Assembly: GCA_038087875.1 (NCBI GenBank)
Contig: CM075987.1
Span: 27,220,001 to 27,284,000, forward strand
DNA length: 64,000 bases
Origin: Malacoraja senta
Lineage: Eukaryota
Direction of reading: 5' to 3'
This document shows, in pieces, positions 49,877 through 62,102 of this stretch. The notes beneath the pieces were generated by a model. It saw only the letters and a list, made by a program, of their open reading frames with translations, searched no databases and was not told where the DNA came from. The position numbers and the translations under genes were made by a program. The number at the start of each line of letters is the position of its first letter. The stretch's first letter is position 1.

Positions 49877-52143
49877 AATATGGGGAAGGTTCAGCACCTG
49901 TTTTCAATCCAGTGATGCAAGTGAGGTTGATGGTAGACAAAAATGCTGGAGAAACTCAGCGGGTGAGGCAGCATCTAGATGCTGCCTCACCCGCTGAGTT
50001 TCTCCAGCATTTTTGTCTACCTTCGATCTTTCCAGCACCTGCAGTTCTTTCTTTTTATAATAACCATGGGATCCAAGGCAATGATGTTATCTTTACAGAA
50101 ACACGCATAAAACTGTTTTAAAGTTAAACTTTGCTGTAACCCGCCTATAAGATGCACCAGGAGCCATCACCCGCCCACGTCTCTACCCTGTTGGCTATGC
50201 CCTCAGGCAATATATCACAACATTTAAAAGCAAGTCTGTCAAAGTCAGAAATAATTTCAACACCTGTAATGTGTTAGCGCGGTCTTTCTGAGTTTTTACA
50301 CACAAATCATATCAGGAAATAGTCAACAGCATAGCAGTAATTAATCAACAAACATCAATCAGAACAGAACTTCTCAGAGGCTAGATGGTGCCACTTGGCC
50401 TCCATCATCATACACTTCAATCTAATCCCTGAGTGTTGCCACTTGAAGATGCTGTGTAAATACTAACCAATGCATGAGAGAGTACCAGGAGATAAAGAGA
50501 ATGCAGATGTGAAGGAGGTAGAAGCCATGAAAGGGAAGAGACAGCCCAGAGAGATGACACTCACAACGTTATTCTTAATATAAAGTACGGGTCCACCAGG
50601 GATTTTGCAGCAACTGGTGGTCCAGCGCCTCCTTTAATCCGGACAAAATTACCAGAACGCACTTGAAATCCCCCCGAAAATGTGGCCATTAGGACGGGTG
50701 AGGCGGCCGATCACGACCTCATCGGGACTTCCGCGCCCAATTACATCTGCTCCCTGCGGCCGGGGCTCTGGAGCTCCGGCCCGGCCAGACCGGCAGATAC
50801 GTTTCCATAGCCGACTTTCCATAGCCGGTATCTCGCCCTCTCCCCAGTGATCTCTGTTGGTCCGGCAACGCGGATAATACGGCAAGGCTCTGGAACCAAG
50901 GGTGCCGGAAAATCAGTGGCAGGTACATGGAAGCAGATATGTTTCTGTTTTAATGTAGTTAATTTATATGAGAGTCCAGATGCCGTACTATTCTGGCCGC
51001 TGTGGGTGATTGAGATGGAGGTGGAGAATGCGTCTTGTGCTACTGAAGGGAATGTGAAAGCATGAAATAGCCTTTGCCTTCAGGCACAAGAGTGGGATAA
51101 CTGGAAGGGTGAAACAGTGCGAAAGCAGTAAAGGACATAAGCTGTTAATAGAACAGAGACCGTGAGGACCGTTAGAGAAAATTATAGGATGTTTGATGGA
51201 GATTGCCAGAGCTGGAGGGAAGACTGAATCACCCGGCCCACTCTCACTTCTTGTTTCCAGAGTCCAGCCTGTCCTGACGTACATTCACACTTGGTTGGAG
51301 CAAGGCAATGCCACACTAAATAACATTCTGATATTGAGTATGACTTTCCAGAAACGATTAGACAGCTACATGGATAGGACAGGTTTAGAGGGATATGGGC
51401 CAAACGCAGGCAGGTGGGACTGGTGTAGATGGGGCATGTTGGTTGGTGTAGGCATTGGGCCGAAGGGCCTGTTTCCACGCTGTATCACTCTACGACATGG
51501 TGAATTCACCTGTTAAAATAAAGCAATATCAGAACCCTGGGTTCGATCCCCGCTCCGGGTGCTGTCTGTACGGAGTTTGTACGTTCTCCCCGTCACCTGC
51601 GTGGGTTTTCTCTGGGATCTGTAGTTTCCTCCCACACTCCAAAGACGTGCAGGTTTGTAGGTTAATTGGTTTGGTATAATTAATAATTGTCCCTAGTGTG
51701 TGTAGGATAGTGTTAGTGTGCGGGGTTCGCTGGGCCACAGGGCCTGTTGCCGCTCTATCTCTAAACTAAACTAAACTAGACAATAACGTTTAAATTCAGA
51801 GTAAACCTCAGGTTTATTCCTTTTTTAAACAAGATTTCGGCACAGTAATGTAGGTCAGAACTATGTAGACCATTCCATCCAAAGCTAAAGATAGAACTCT
51901 CCTGGCAGAGCAGTTCAAAAATCAGCCCTTATGCAGATTTACTGAACAGAATAGATGTGACACGTTGCAAGGCAGTGAGATGCTACATCACGAGCTGTAA
52001 CATCATACACTGGTTCTTGGGGAAAACGCTCAACTCTTTAAAAGACCCAACACTAGGGAAGTTTAATTATCATTGCACATAGTCTACCATTTCTGGACAG
52101 TTTGAGTTTAGTTTATAAGTTTAGTTTAGTTTAGAGATACAAC

Positions 52144-52534
52144 AAAATAGCCCGAGAAAAAAAATGAGGAGAAAAAAAGAAACAAAAGAGAAGAGGAAAG
52201 GAGATTGAAAGCGATATATCTATTTGATAATCCTACCGCCCCCCCCCCCCGTCACCTGTTTCTGAACCATTATATTTCTATGATTGTGTTGCACCATATG
52301 CTTGTAGAAAGTCGATAAAGGGAGACCATATCAATAAGAAGAGGTCTACCTTACCTACTAGGAGTTGTATTTCTTCAACATATGCCGTTTCTGACATTTG
52401 AAATCCACATTTTCACCGTTGGTGTTGCCGAATTTTTCAAAAATTTAAGTATGAGTTTTTTTGCCATTATTAAACCATAATTAAGTAAGGATTTTTGATA
52501 CGTATTTAGCTTATTCCCATCTTCCATTGATCCA
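52144..52534 (-). mobile_element. L1/Tx1-clade LINE 3' fragment inserted into a SINE tail
   Basis: Minus-strand remnant resembling IFG..LLNYGLIMAKKLILKF..PTVKMWIS..IWSPFIDFL; agatacaac repeated at both flanks. Confidence 0.6.
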
Positions 52535-53084
52535 AAGATACAACGCCAAAACAGGCCCTTCTGCCCACCGAGTCCGCACCGACAAGTGATTCCCGCACAC
52601 TAACTTCATCCTACACACACGCTCATAAGTTCTAGCACAATTAGGCCATTCGGCCCATCAAGTCTACTCCGCCATTCAATCATGGCTCATGTATTTTAGT
52701 GTATTTTCGAAAAACACAGCACAGAAACAGGCACACCGAGTCCACACCGACCAGCGATCACACAAGCATTATCCTATACACGAGGGACGGTTTCGTTTTT
52801 ACCTAAGCTAACTAGCCTACAAGCCTGTAAATCCTTGGAGTGCAGGGGGGGGGGGGACAACCGGAGCACCCGGTGAAAACCTACGCAGGTCACGGGGAGA
52901 ACGTACAAATTCCGTACAGGCAGCGCCCGTAGTCAAGATCGAACCCGGGTATCTGGCGCGGTGAGGCAGCAGCTTTACCCGCTGCACTACCGTGCTGCCC
53001 TTAGTTGCGAAGATGAATCAAAGATTGCTTTCAGGAGCCCCCCCCCCCCCCCTCCTCCTCCACCGAGCATTCCTGCTGACTTGA

Positions 53085-53243
53085 GCGACAGAGTGAGAGG
53101 GAATGCAATGGTTACTTGAAGTTAGAGAAATCAATATTTATACTGCTGGGTTGTGAGCTGCCCAAGCAATATATGAGGTGTTGTTCCTCTAATTTGCATT
53201 GGACCTCACACTGACAGTGGAGGAGGCCCAGGACAGAAAGGTC
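53085..53243 (-). mobile_element. Penelope-like ORF C-terminal remnant
   Basis: DLSVLGLLHCQCEVQCKLEEQHLIYCLGSSQPSSINIDFSNFK* on the minus strand. Confidence 0.72.
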
Positions 53244-53627
53244 TGAGTTAAAGTGTTTGGCAATCTAAATGCGTGGCAGTCAAAAACTGCAGGTCATAAG
53301 TGCAAGATAAACACTAATACAACATAATACAAAGTACAGAGGAGAAACTAGTTCACCAGGGAATGCGTAGAATGCTGCAACCTGCCGTCACATCGAGCAG
53401 TTGGAAGCTAAAAATGACACAGGAACAGCAGCATATTCCATTCAAAGCTAAAGATAGAACTTGTGGATGATGCAGAATCGGAAGAGGTTTTTTTTGGGAA
53501 CGTAAGCAGGTTGGTTGGCCTATTTCTGTGCTGTTAGTTCAATGTTAATCAATGAATTTTAGTCATCATCCTTGTACTTCAGTTTTGGTTCTGTAGCGTC
53601 GTGATACAGCACCACCTGCCAAAACCC

Positions 53628-53942
53628 ATGGCATGGTGGCGCAGCGGTAGAGTTGCTGCCTCACAGCGCCAGAGACCCGGGTTCGATCCTGACTACGGGT
53701 GCTGTCTGTACGGAGTTTGTACGTTCTCCCCGTGACCTGCGTGGGTTTTCTCCGGGTGCTCCGGTTTCCTCCCACACTCCAAAAACGTGCAGGTTTGTAG
53801 GCCAATTGGCTTTGGTAAACATTGTAAATTGTCCCTAATGTGTGTAGGGTAGTGTTAGTGTGCGTGGACCGCTGGTCGGCACAGACTCAAGTGGGCCAAA
53901 GGGCCTGTTTCTGCGCTGTATCTCGAAACTAAACTAAACTAA
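53628..53942 (+). mobile_element. HE1 SINE (well preserved)
   Basis: Intact A/B boxes, V domain and tail. Confidence 0.88.
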
Positions 53943-55092
53943 AAAAGCCTCAATCCATGTGGTGAACTGATGGCGTGGAATACTGACATAGCTGATTGAT
54001 GAGGTGGTTTGTGTAGGAAGGAACTGCAGGTGCTGGTTTAAACCGAAGATAGACACAAAAAGCTGGAGTAACTCAGCGGGACAGGCAGCATCTCTGTAGA
54101 GAAGGAATGGGTGACGTTTCGGGTCGAGACCCTTCTTCAGACTGGTTAGGGATCAGAGAAACGAGAGATATAGATGATGATGTAGAGATGAGGTGGTATG
54201 CTGTACACACAAAAAACCCTCCGTTTTATTAGTCACACGTACCGAGGTAGTGAAAAGCTTTGTTTCGCATGTTATCCATGCAGAATACATGGATATGATC
54301 AGTTCAAACTCAACCATAGATAGAGCAAAGGGGAAGATGTAGCGAACAAAATATAGTTCTCAGCATTATAGTGCATCAGATAAAGTGCAATGTCCTCAGT
54401 GGGGTAGAGGTGAATCGAGTAAGATAGAAACAAAAAGCGGGTCAGGCAGCATCTCTGGAGAGAAGAAGTATGTGACGTTTCAGGTTGAGACACTTCGTCA
54501 GACTGAGAGTCGGGGGAGAGGGAAACTGGAAGTATGAAAAAGTACAGATCAAATCAGAGCCAGTACTGATGCCTCAGGAAAGGTGGAGCCCACAATGGAA
54601 CAGTACATCTACAACTGTCTGCATTCTCTTGTGGTCTTGGGCAGAGCTGTTCCCAAACCGAGGCACGATACAACCCACCAGTATGCTTCCTATGGTACAT
54701 CTGTAGAAGTTTGTAAGAGTCTCTGGAGACATTACCTTCATCTCCACAGGAAGGATAGGTGTTGATATTTTACATAACCATCTTATATGAAACTTTTGAT
54801 TAGTATGGGTGTCAGGGGTTATGGGGAAAGGCAGGAGGTTGAGAAGTAAAGATAGATCAGCCATGATTGAATGGCAGAATAGACTTGATGGGCCAAATGG
54901 CCTAATTCAGCTCCTACAACTTATGAACCTCACCCCACCCCCTGACAGGAATTTAAAGCATAGGTAAAGCGAGTTTGAGAGAAGACTTAAAGGGCAACTC
55001 GTACAGGAGGCTTCAAAGGGAAATAAATAGTTTCCTGACAGGCCAAACTCTACCCACCAGTCACGTGCAGTCAGTTCACAGCTTGCAGTTTC

Positions 55093-55965
55093 ATGTTTGC
55101 TGATGATACAAAAGTGGGTGGTTTTGCAGATAGTGAAGATGGTTGTGAAAAATTGCATCAGGATCTGGATCGATTGGCCAGGTGGGCTGAGGAATGGTTG
55201 ATGGAATTTAATACAGAGAAATGTGAGGTGTTGCATTTTGAGAAGTCTAACATGGGCAGGACCTACACAGTGAATGGTAGGCCTCTGGGGAGTGTTGTAG
55301 AGCAAAGGGATCTAGGAGTGCAGGTGCATGGTTCCTTGAAGGTGGAGTCGTAGGTAGATAAGGTGGTCAAAAAGGCTTTTGGCACTTTGGCCTTCATTAG
55401 TCAGAGTATTGAGTGAAGACGTTGGGAGGTCATGTTGCAGTTGTACAAGACACTGGTGAGTATTGTGTTCAGTTCTGGGCACCATGTTATAGGAAAGATG
55501 TTGTCAAACTGGAAAGAATACAGAGAAGATTTATGAGGATATTGCCAGGACTGGTGGGTGTGAGCTATAGGCAGAGGTTGTGTAGGCTGGGTCTCTATTC
55601 ATGGAGCGCAGGAAGATGAGGGGTGATCTATAGAGAAGTATACATTTATGTGAGGAATAGGTCGGGTAGATGCACAGAGTCTTTTACCCAGAGTAGGGGA
55701 ATCGAGGACATAGGTTCAAGGTCAAGGTGAAGATTTAATAGGAATCTGAGGGGTAACTTTTTCACACAGAGGGTGGTGGGTGTATGGAACAAGCTGCCAG
55801 AGGAGGTTGTGGAGGCTGGGACAATCCCATCATTTAAGAAACAGTTGGACAGGTACATGGATAGGGCAGGTTTGGAGGGATATGGACCAAGCGCAGGCAG
55901 GTGGGACTAGTGTAGCTGGGACATGGTGGGCCGAAGGGCCTGTTTCCGCGCTGTATCACTATGAC
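55093..55965 (+). mobile_element. Decayed CR1 LINE 3' fragment
   Basis: FADDTK RT motif, followed by stops and frameshifts. Confidence 0.88.
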
Positions 55966-56669
55966 ATTTGTGTTGAACTCTCCTGTATCTGCTCAGCTGA
56001 ATCAGCCCTCTCCCCATCAGATCCACTGGAGATCAAAGCTATAAAACGCAGCTATAATTGAAGCTGTATAAACAATCCTCTGCTTCCTGATGCCGGCTGA
56101 CACTGCAAGGTCCGGCAGCAGCTCCAGCCGTCATCGTGTAAGGCAGCACCTGACATCTCAGACGTCTAACGTCCTGCAAGGCCAGAGGGCTAACAAAGGG
56201 CATGACATAACCTTTCTGCACAGCGCATCTTTGATAAGGTCAATCCTTTGTGCAAGGCGTGAAAGCTCATGGAAAGAAAACTATTAGCAAGTGAATCGAC
56301 CAGAATAAATATGAAAGGCAAGAGAAAACAAAACACTCCTCAACCTCTATTGGACTTTGGTTAGGCTACATTTGGAGTATTTTGTGCAATTCTGGTCACC
56401 CCATTACAGGAAGGATGTGGTGGCTTTGGAGAGGGTGCAGAGGAGGTTTACAGAACGCTGCCTGGATTAGAGGGCATTAGATACAGGGAGAAGTTGCTTA
56501 AAACAAACTTTACCCGCTTTTCATTTCATTGTCCCAGCAAGAAGTCACCCATTTGCAGATGACGGGAGTGGGTGCATTGTAATGGAGGGGGGGGGGAGGG
56601 GAGAAGGATGTTGAGGGCAGAATGGGGTAGGAGATAACAGGGACTACATTGGAGGATATCATGACGAGA

Positions 56670-57297
56670 TCATAAGGTCATGTGATAGGAGCAGAATTAG
56701 GGTATTCGGCCCATCAAGTCTACTCCGGCATTCAATCATGGCTAATGTATCCTAACCCCATTCTCCTGCCTTCTCCCCATAACCCCTGACACCCGTACTA
56801 ATCAAAAATCTATCTATCTCTGCCTTAGAAATATCCACTGACTTGGCCTCCACAGCCTTCTATGGGAATGGATTCCACAGATTCACCACCCCGACTAAAG
56901 AAATTCCTCCTCATCTCCTTCCAAAAGGAACATCTGTTAATTCTGAGGCTATGACCTCTAGTCCTAGACTCTCCCACCAGTGGAAACATCCTCTCCACAT
57001 CCACTCTATCCAAGCCTTTCATGATTTGTTAAGTTTCAATGAGTTACCCTCTCATCCTTCTAAACTCCAGCGAGTACAGGCCCAGTGCCGTCAAACGCTC
57101 ATCATATATGAACCCACTCATTCCTGGGATCATTCTTGCAAACCTCCTCTGGACCCTCTCCAGAGCCAGCACATCCTTCCTCACATATGGAGCCTAATAT
57201 TGCTCACAATATTCCAAATGCGGGCTGACCAGCGCCTTGTAGAGCCTCAGCGTTACATCCCTGTTTTAGTATTCTAGCCTTCTTGAAATAAATGCTA
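56670..57297 (-). mobile_element. CR1 LINE 3' fragment
   Basis: KGLDRVDVERMFPLVGESRTRGH on the minus strand. Confidence 0.85.
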
Positions 57298-57829
57298 GCT
57301 GTGAAACTTTATTCTAACTTGCCCTTGTTAAGTCGTGCCATCTGTCAAAAGCCCGCTGTGGGACAGCTCAACTCTGATGCACCAAGTTTGCATCTTAAAT
57401 ACCCCCATACAATACATCTGCTTCAGGCAGTTAACACCATCATATCTGCTTCTGATGGTGGTGAATGATAGATTTAGGTTGTGATTGTCCCTATAATGAA
57501 ACCCCTGCCATCTATTACTGTGGCTCACCTGACACCATCTGTGACTCTGGATGTAATTCATCTCTGAACATTAAATGGGCATGTGTAAAAGGCAACCCTG
57601 CCTGCCCGACATGCTCGATGCACTGGTGATAATCTGCTGCATGAGTGCTCCTTTGGGAATGATTAGCTGGAGATTACACACAGGGAAACAGCCAATGCCA
57701 TCTTCTGGTATTGACAGCCTGTGCAGAGGACTGGTAACTTTCACCTTGAGACTCACACCAGATTTATTAGTTTGAAAATGTAATGGATGTTGGAAATCTA
57801 AAATAAAACGGTTAATTCTAGAAATACTC

Positions 57830-58280
57830 GGACGGCACGGTGCTGCAGCTGGTAGAGCTGCTGCCTTACAGCGCCAGAGACCAGTGTTCGATCCTCATCT
57901 CCAGTGCTGACTGTGTGGAGTTCGTACGTTCTCCCCATGACCGCCTGGGTTTCCTCCCACAGACGTACAGGTTTGTAGGCCAATTGTCCGTTAGAGTTCC
58001 GTTTAGAGATATAGCGTGGAAACAGGCCCTTCGGCCTACAGAGTCTGCACCGACCAGCGATCCCCGTACACTAGCTCTATCCTACACACTAGGGGCAATT
58101 TATAATCTTTAACGAAGCCGATTAACCTGCAAACTTGAACGTCTTTGGAGTGTGGGAGGAAACCGGAGATCCCAGAGAAAACCCACGCAGGTCACGGGGA
58201 GAACGTACAAACTCCGTACAGACAAGCGCCCGTAGTCAAGATCAAACTTGGGTCTCTGGCGCTGTGGGGCAGCATCTCTA
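57830..58280. mobile_element. Tail-to-tail HE1 SINE pieces
   Basis: Plus 57830-57985, minus 58002-58280. Confidence 0.8.
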
Positions 58281-60597
58281 CCTGGACCAACTCAGCAGGT
58301 CAGGGAACATCTCTGGAGAACAGGAATGGGTGACATTTCGGGTGGGAACCCTTCTTCAGACCGATTCATAGTTACATGGGCAGAATTCCTTTCATCTGGG
58401 GTGAGAATGTTGGTGATCCAACATTTGTCCAAAGTGACATTGGAATTCAGAAGCACCATAAAAGCCACCGGCCTGTGAACAAACCATCTCCTCGTGGACA
58501 GCCCGTAAGAATGATGGTCCACTCACCCAGTTTGTTCCTGTCAGTCCTCTGTCTCGGTGACACAAGAAGATAATTTGTGCACCAAGATTCATTTCATCCC
58601 GCACTGGCGAACATCACTAATCATCTATTACTGCTCCCAATGAAATAATCAATGGGGTGAAGCTAATTTGCACCTTACTTAGACACAAAATGCTGGAGTA
58701 ACTCAGCGGGACAGGCAGCATCTCCAGAGAGTAGGAACGGGTGACGTTTCAGGTCGAGACCCTTCTTCAGACCAAAGGTCATAGAATGCTATAGCATCTT
58801 AGCTTCAGACTGATGGCTGAACACCTTATTTAAATGGAATGCACTTGTTTTTCTCTGTAATACGTACTAAGAACCAGTCTTGTCCCTCAAGGCAGTCTGC
58901 TTCACGTGTGATTCAAGGAAGTGCCATTGCACAATTCAAATTAAAACTCAAGGACAGGACTCATATTTTAAAAAAAAGCCTCAATATGCCCCAGTAAAGA
59001 ATGAATTTCCATTGTAATAGTTCAGAGCACCAACAAATCATAACTATACCTTACCACATTTATCAGTTCAAGCAGCCCAGGAGACGTATTTTGCAGGTGA
59101 TTAATTGAAGAAATGCCCTTTAAATAATGTGTCTTTTTTAGATAATTAGATGTCACTTCGCAACTTTATTTGTAAAAGGCGGTGAAGGATTCACCCGCGA
59201 CCAATTGCATGCTCGATTTACGAAGCATGGCGTGAAGCCTGTCAAACCGTACAAAATGCCTCTTTGATATTTGAAGAATGAGCTCAATTCGGGACATTCA
59301 GCCCGAGACTCGTCACCAAATCCAACTCACGGCCGAGGGAAAAGAAAGGTCCTTGGTGACATTCGCAACTTGTGAAATTCAGACGGCATAATTAACGGCT
59401 GAAGCTGTGAATGCTTTTTCTGCAGCTCACATTGAAAGAACATCAGACAGTATTCAGATGTAAATCCGATGAAATGGCTTTAAATGAACACAAATTATGG
59501 TGTGCTTCCACAGCGGCGGAAGGAAGAAAGGACTAGGATTTCAGTAGCACTTTTGAGAAGCTCGGGGCATCCCAGAGCACTTTGTAAACAGCGAGATGGG
59601 TTTTAAATATTTAGTCTCTATTATGATGTGGGAAATGCAGCAGCCAAATTGCTGCACAATTTCACTCACAACAACAATATAGTCATGTGTAGGAAGGAAC
59701 TGCAGATGCTGGTTTATACCAAAGATAGACACAAAATGCTGGAGTAACTCAGTGGGACAGGCAGCATCTCTGGAGAGAAGGACGTTTCAGGTCAGGACCC
59801 TTCTTGATCTATGTCCCACTGCATCGTATGACAGCCTTCCTCACTGTCTGCAACACCGCCAACTTTGGTGGCATCTGCAAATCTATCTACATTTACGTCC
59901 ATGTTATTTATATCTATCACAAAGAACAGAAGTTCCAGTACAGATCCCAGCGTAACTCCACTGGTCACAGGCCTCCTGCCATAAGAACACCGTTCCAGTC
60001 TTCTATGAGTAAGCTAGTTCTGAATCCAAACTACCAAAGTCACTGTAAATCCCATGCATCTTAATCTTCTGCATCAGCTACCAGGAGAGACTTTATCAAT
60101 TGCCTTACTACGATCCATCCACACAACATCCACTGCTCTACCCTCATCAAACACCTTTGTCACCTCCAAAACAAACTCAATCAAGTTAGCAAGACAAGCC
60201 AAAGTCGCACTCTTTAGTCAGAGGGTGGTGAATCTGTGGAATTCATGGTCACAGATGGCTGTGGAGGCCAGGTCCGGCACAAACATTGTGGGCCGAAGGG
60301 CCTGTTCTTGTGCTGTAAATCTGTGTTCTATTTTACACGACACTGAAAGCAAACAGGTGGGTCCAGTGGCCAATTCACAAATGATACAGTGCCCTTCACT
60401 GCTAGAGGGTCTGTGTACAGTCAAATACAATGCAAGTTAATCAACTAGCTGCTATGAATTAAAAATAAAACCAGCAAATGATGGGAACAGCCAGGGAGCA
60501 GCATCTGGGCAGCACGGTACACCGCAGCGGTAGAGTTACTGCCTCATAACACCAGAAACCCGGGATCCATCCTGACTACGGGCGCTGTCTGTGGAGT

Positions 60598-61283
60598 TAG
60601 AAATATAGAAAATAGGTGCAGGAGTAGGCCATTCAGCCCTTCGAGCCAACATAGCCATTCAAAATGATCATGGCTGATCATCCAAAATCAGTACCCCGTT
60701 CCGGCTTTCTCCCCATATCCCTTGATTCCATTAGCCCCAAGATTTAAATTCAACTCCCTCTTGAAAACATCCAGTGAATTGGCCTCCACTGCCCTCTGTG
60801 GCAGTAAATTCCAGATTCGCAACTCTCTGGGTGAAAAAGTTTTTCCTCATCTCAGTCCTAAATGGCCTACCCCTTATTCTTAAACTGTGACCCCTGGTTC
60901 CGGACTCCCCTAATATCGGGAGCATTTTTCCTGCATCTACCCTGTCCAATCCTCTATGTATTTTATATGTTTCTGTAAGATCCCCTCTCATCCTTCTAAA
61001 TTCCAGCGAATACAAGTCCAGTCGACCCATTCTTTCATCATATGTTAGTCCCGCCATCTCGGGAATTAACCTCGTGAACCTACGCTGCACTGTCTCAATA
61101 GCAAGAATGTCCTTCCTCGAATTAGGAGACCAAAATTGCACACAATACTCCAGGTGTGGTCTCACCAGGACCCTGTACAACTGCAGTAGGACCCCCTTGC
61201 TCCTAAACTGAAATCCTCTTGCAATGAAGGTCAACATGCCATTGGCTTTCTTCACTGCCTGCTGTACCTGCATGCTTACTTTC
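60598..61283 (-). mobile_element. CR1 LINE 3' fragment inserted in an HE1 SINE (60507-60597 / 61284-61460)
   Basis: ORF 60731-61345 RT C-terminus; SINE halves flank it. Confidence 0.88.
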
Positions 61284-61660
61284 AGTTTGCACATTCTCCA
61301 TGTGCCCGCGTTGTTTCCTCCGGATGCTCCGGTTTCCTGCCACATTCCAAAGACGTGCAGGTTTTGAGATTAATTGGCCTCTGTAAAAATGTCCCTCATG
61401 CGTAGGATAGAGCTAGTGCATGAAGACTCGCTAGGCCGAAGGACATGTTTCACACTTAAATTTCTCTCATGGACAGGTACATGGGCAGGATAGGGTTAAA
61501 GGTATATGGGCCAAACTCTGGCAGGTGGGACTAACCTAGATGGGGAAACTTGGTGGGCATGGGCAAGTTGGGCCGAAGGACCTGTTTCCGTTCTGTATGA
61601 CTGTATTGTTTCCATGGGTTTCCTGAAGGATTAACTTGAGTGCTGAAGTGTAACGGTAGC

Positions 61661-62029
61661 TCCCCGTCACTGCTGGGACTCACCTTGCCCCTCCACCGCC
61701 CAGCACCAGCGCAATGGAGTTCCCCGTCACTGCTGGGACTCACCTTGCCCCTCCACCGCCCAGCACCAGCGCAATGGAGTTCCCCGTCACTGCTGGGACT
61801 CACCTTGCCCCTCCACCGCCCAGCACCAGCACAATGGAGTTCCCCGTCACTGCTGGGACTCACCTTGCCCCTCCACCGCCCAGCACCAGCACAATGGAGT
61901 TCCCCGTCACTGCTGGGACTCACCTTGCCCCTCCACCGCCCAGCACCAGCCCAATGGAGTTCCCCGTCACTGCTGGGACTCACCTTGCCCCTCCACCGCC
62001 CAGCACCAGCGCAATGGAGTTCCCCGTCA
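61661..62029. repeat. Tandem array of six 60-bp units overlapping the PNPLA7 exon end and splice donor
   Basis: Six consecutive units, identical except one base (g,g,a,a,c,g at 61711, 61771, 61831, 61891, 61951, 62011). Confidence 0.98.
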
Positions 62030-62102
62030 AAATCCTGGCCAAACGAGAGAAATCAGAGTGACAGTCAGGTGTCTTCTGGCAGATCCTTTCGTACATCTCC
62101 AG
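61984..62102 (-). CDS. PNPLA7: PNPLA7 exon [39 protein letters not shown](R), start of patatin domain / oxyanion motif
   Basis: Acceptor tcttccag|CTG, donor GCAAG|gtgagt; 119 nt, phase 0 to 2; conserved [18 protein letters not shown]. Not present in the ORF track. Confidence 0.93.

Noticed and set aside
53628..53700. tRNA genes at SINE heads
   Set aside because: A/B boxes are present, but they continue into the V-SINE body with no full cloverleaf; these are SINE promoters.
58800..59680. Repeat-free intronic stretch (also 40850-41600) as a conserved enhancer or hidden exon
   Set aside because: No recognisable protein similarity or diagnostic motif. The PNPLA7 exon chain is already complete across these introns, and conservation cannot be judged from this sequence alone.
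61684..61969. Repeat units as in-frame cassette mini-exons using internal cccag/cag acceptors
   Set aside because: They would be 46 or 49 nt (frameshifting) and lack a pyrimidine tract.
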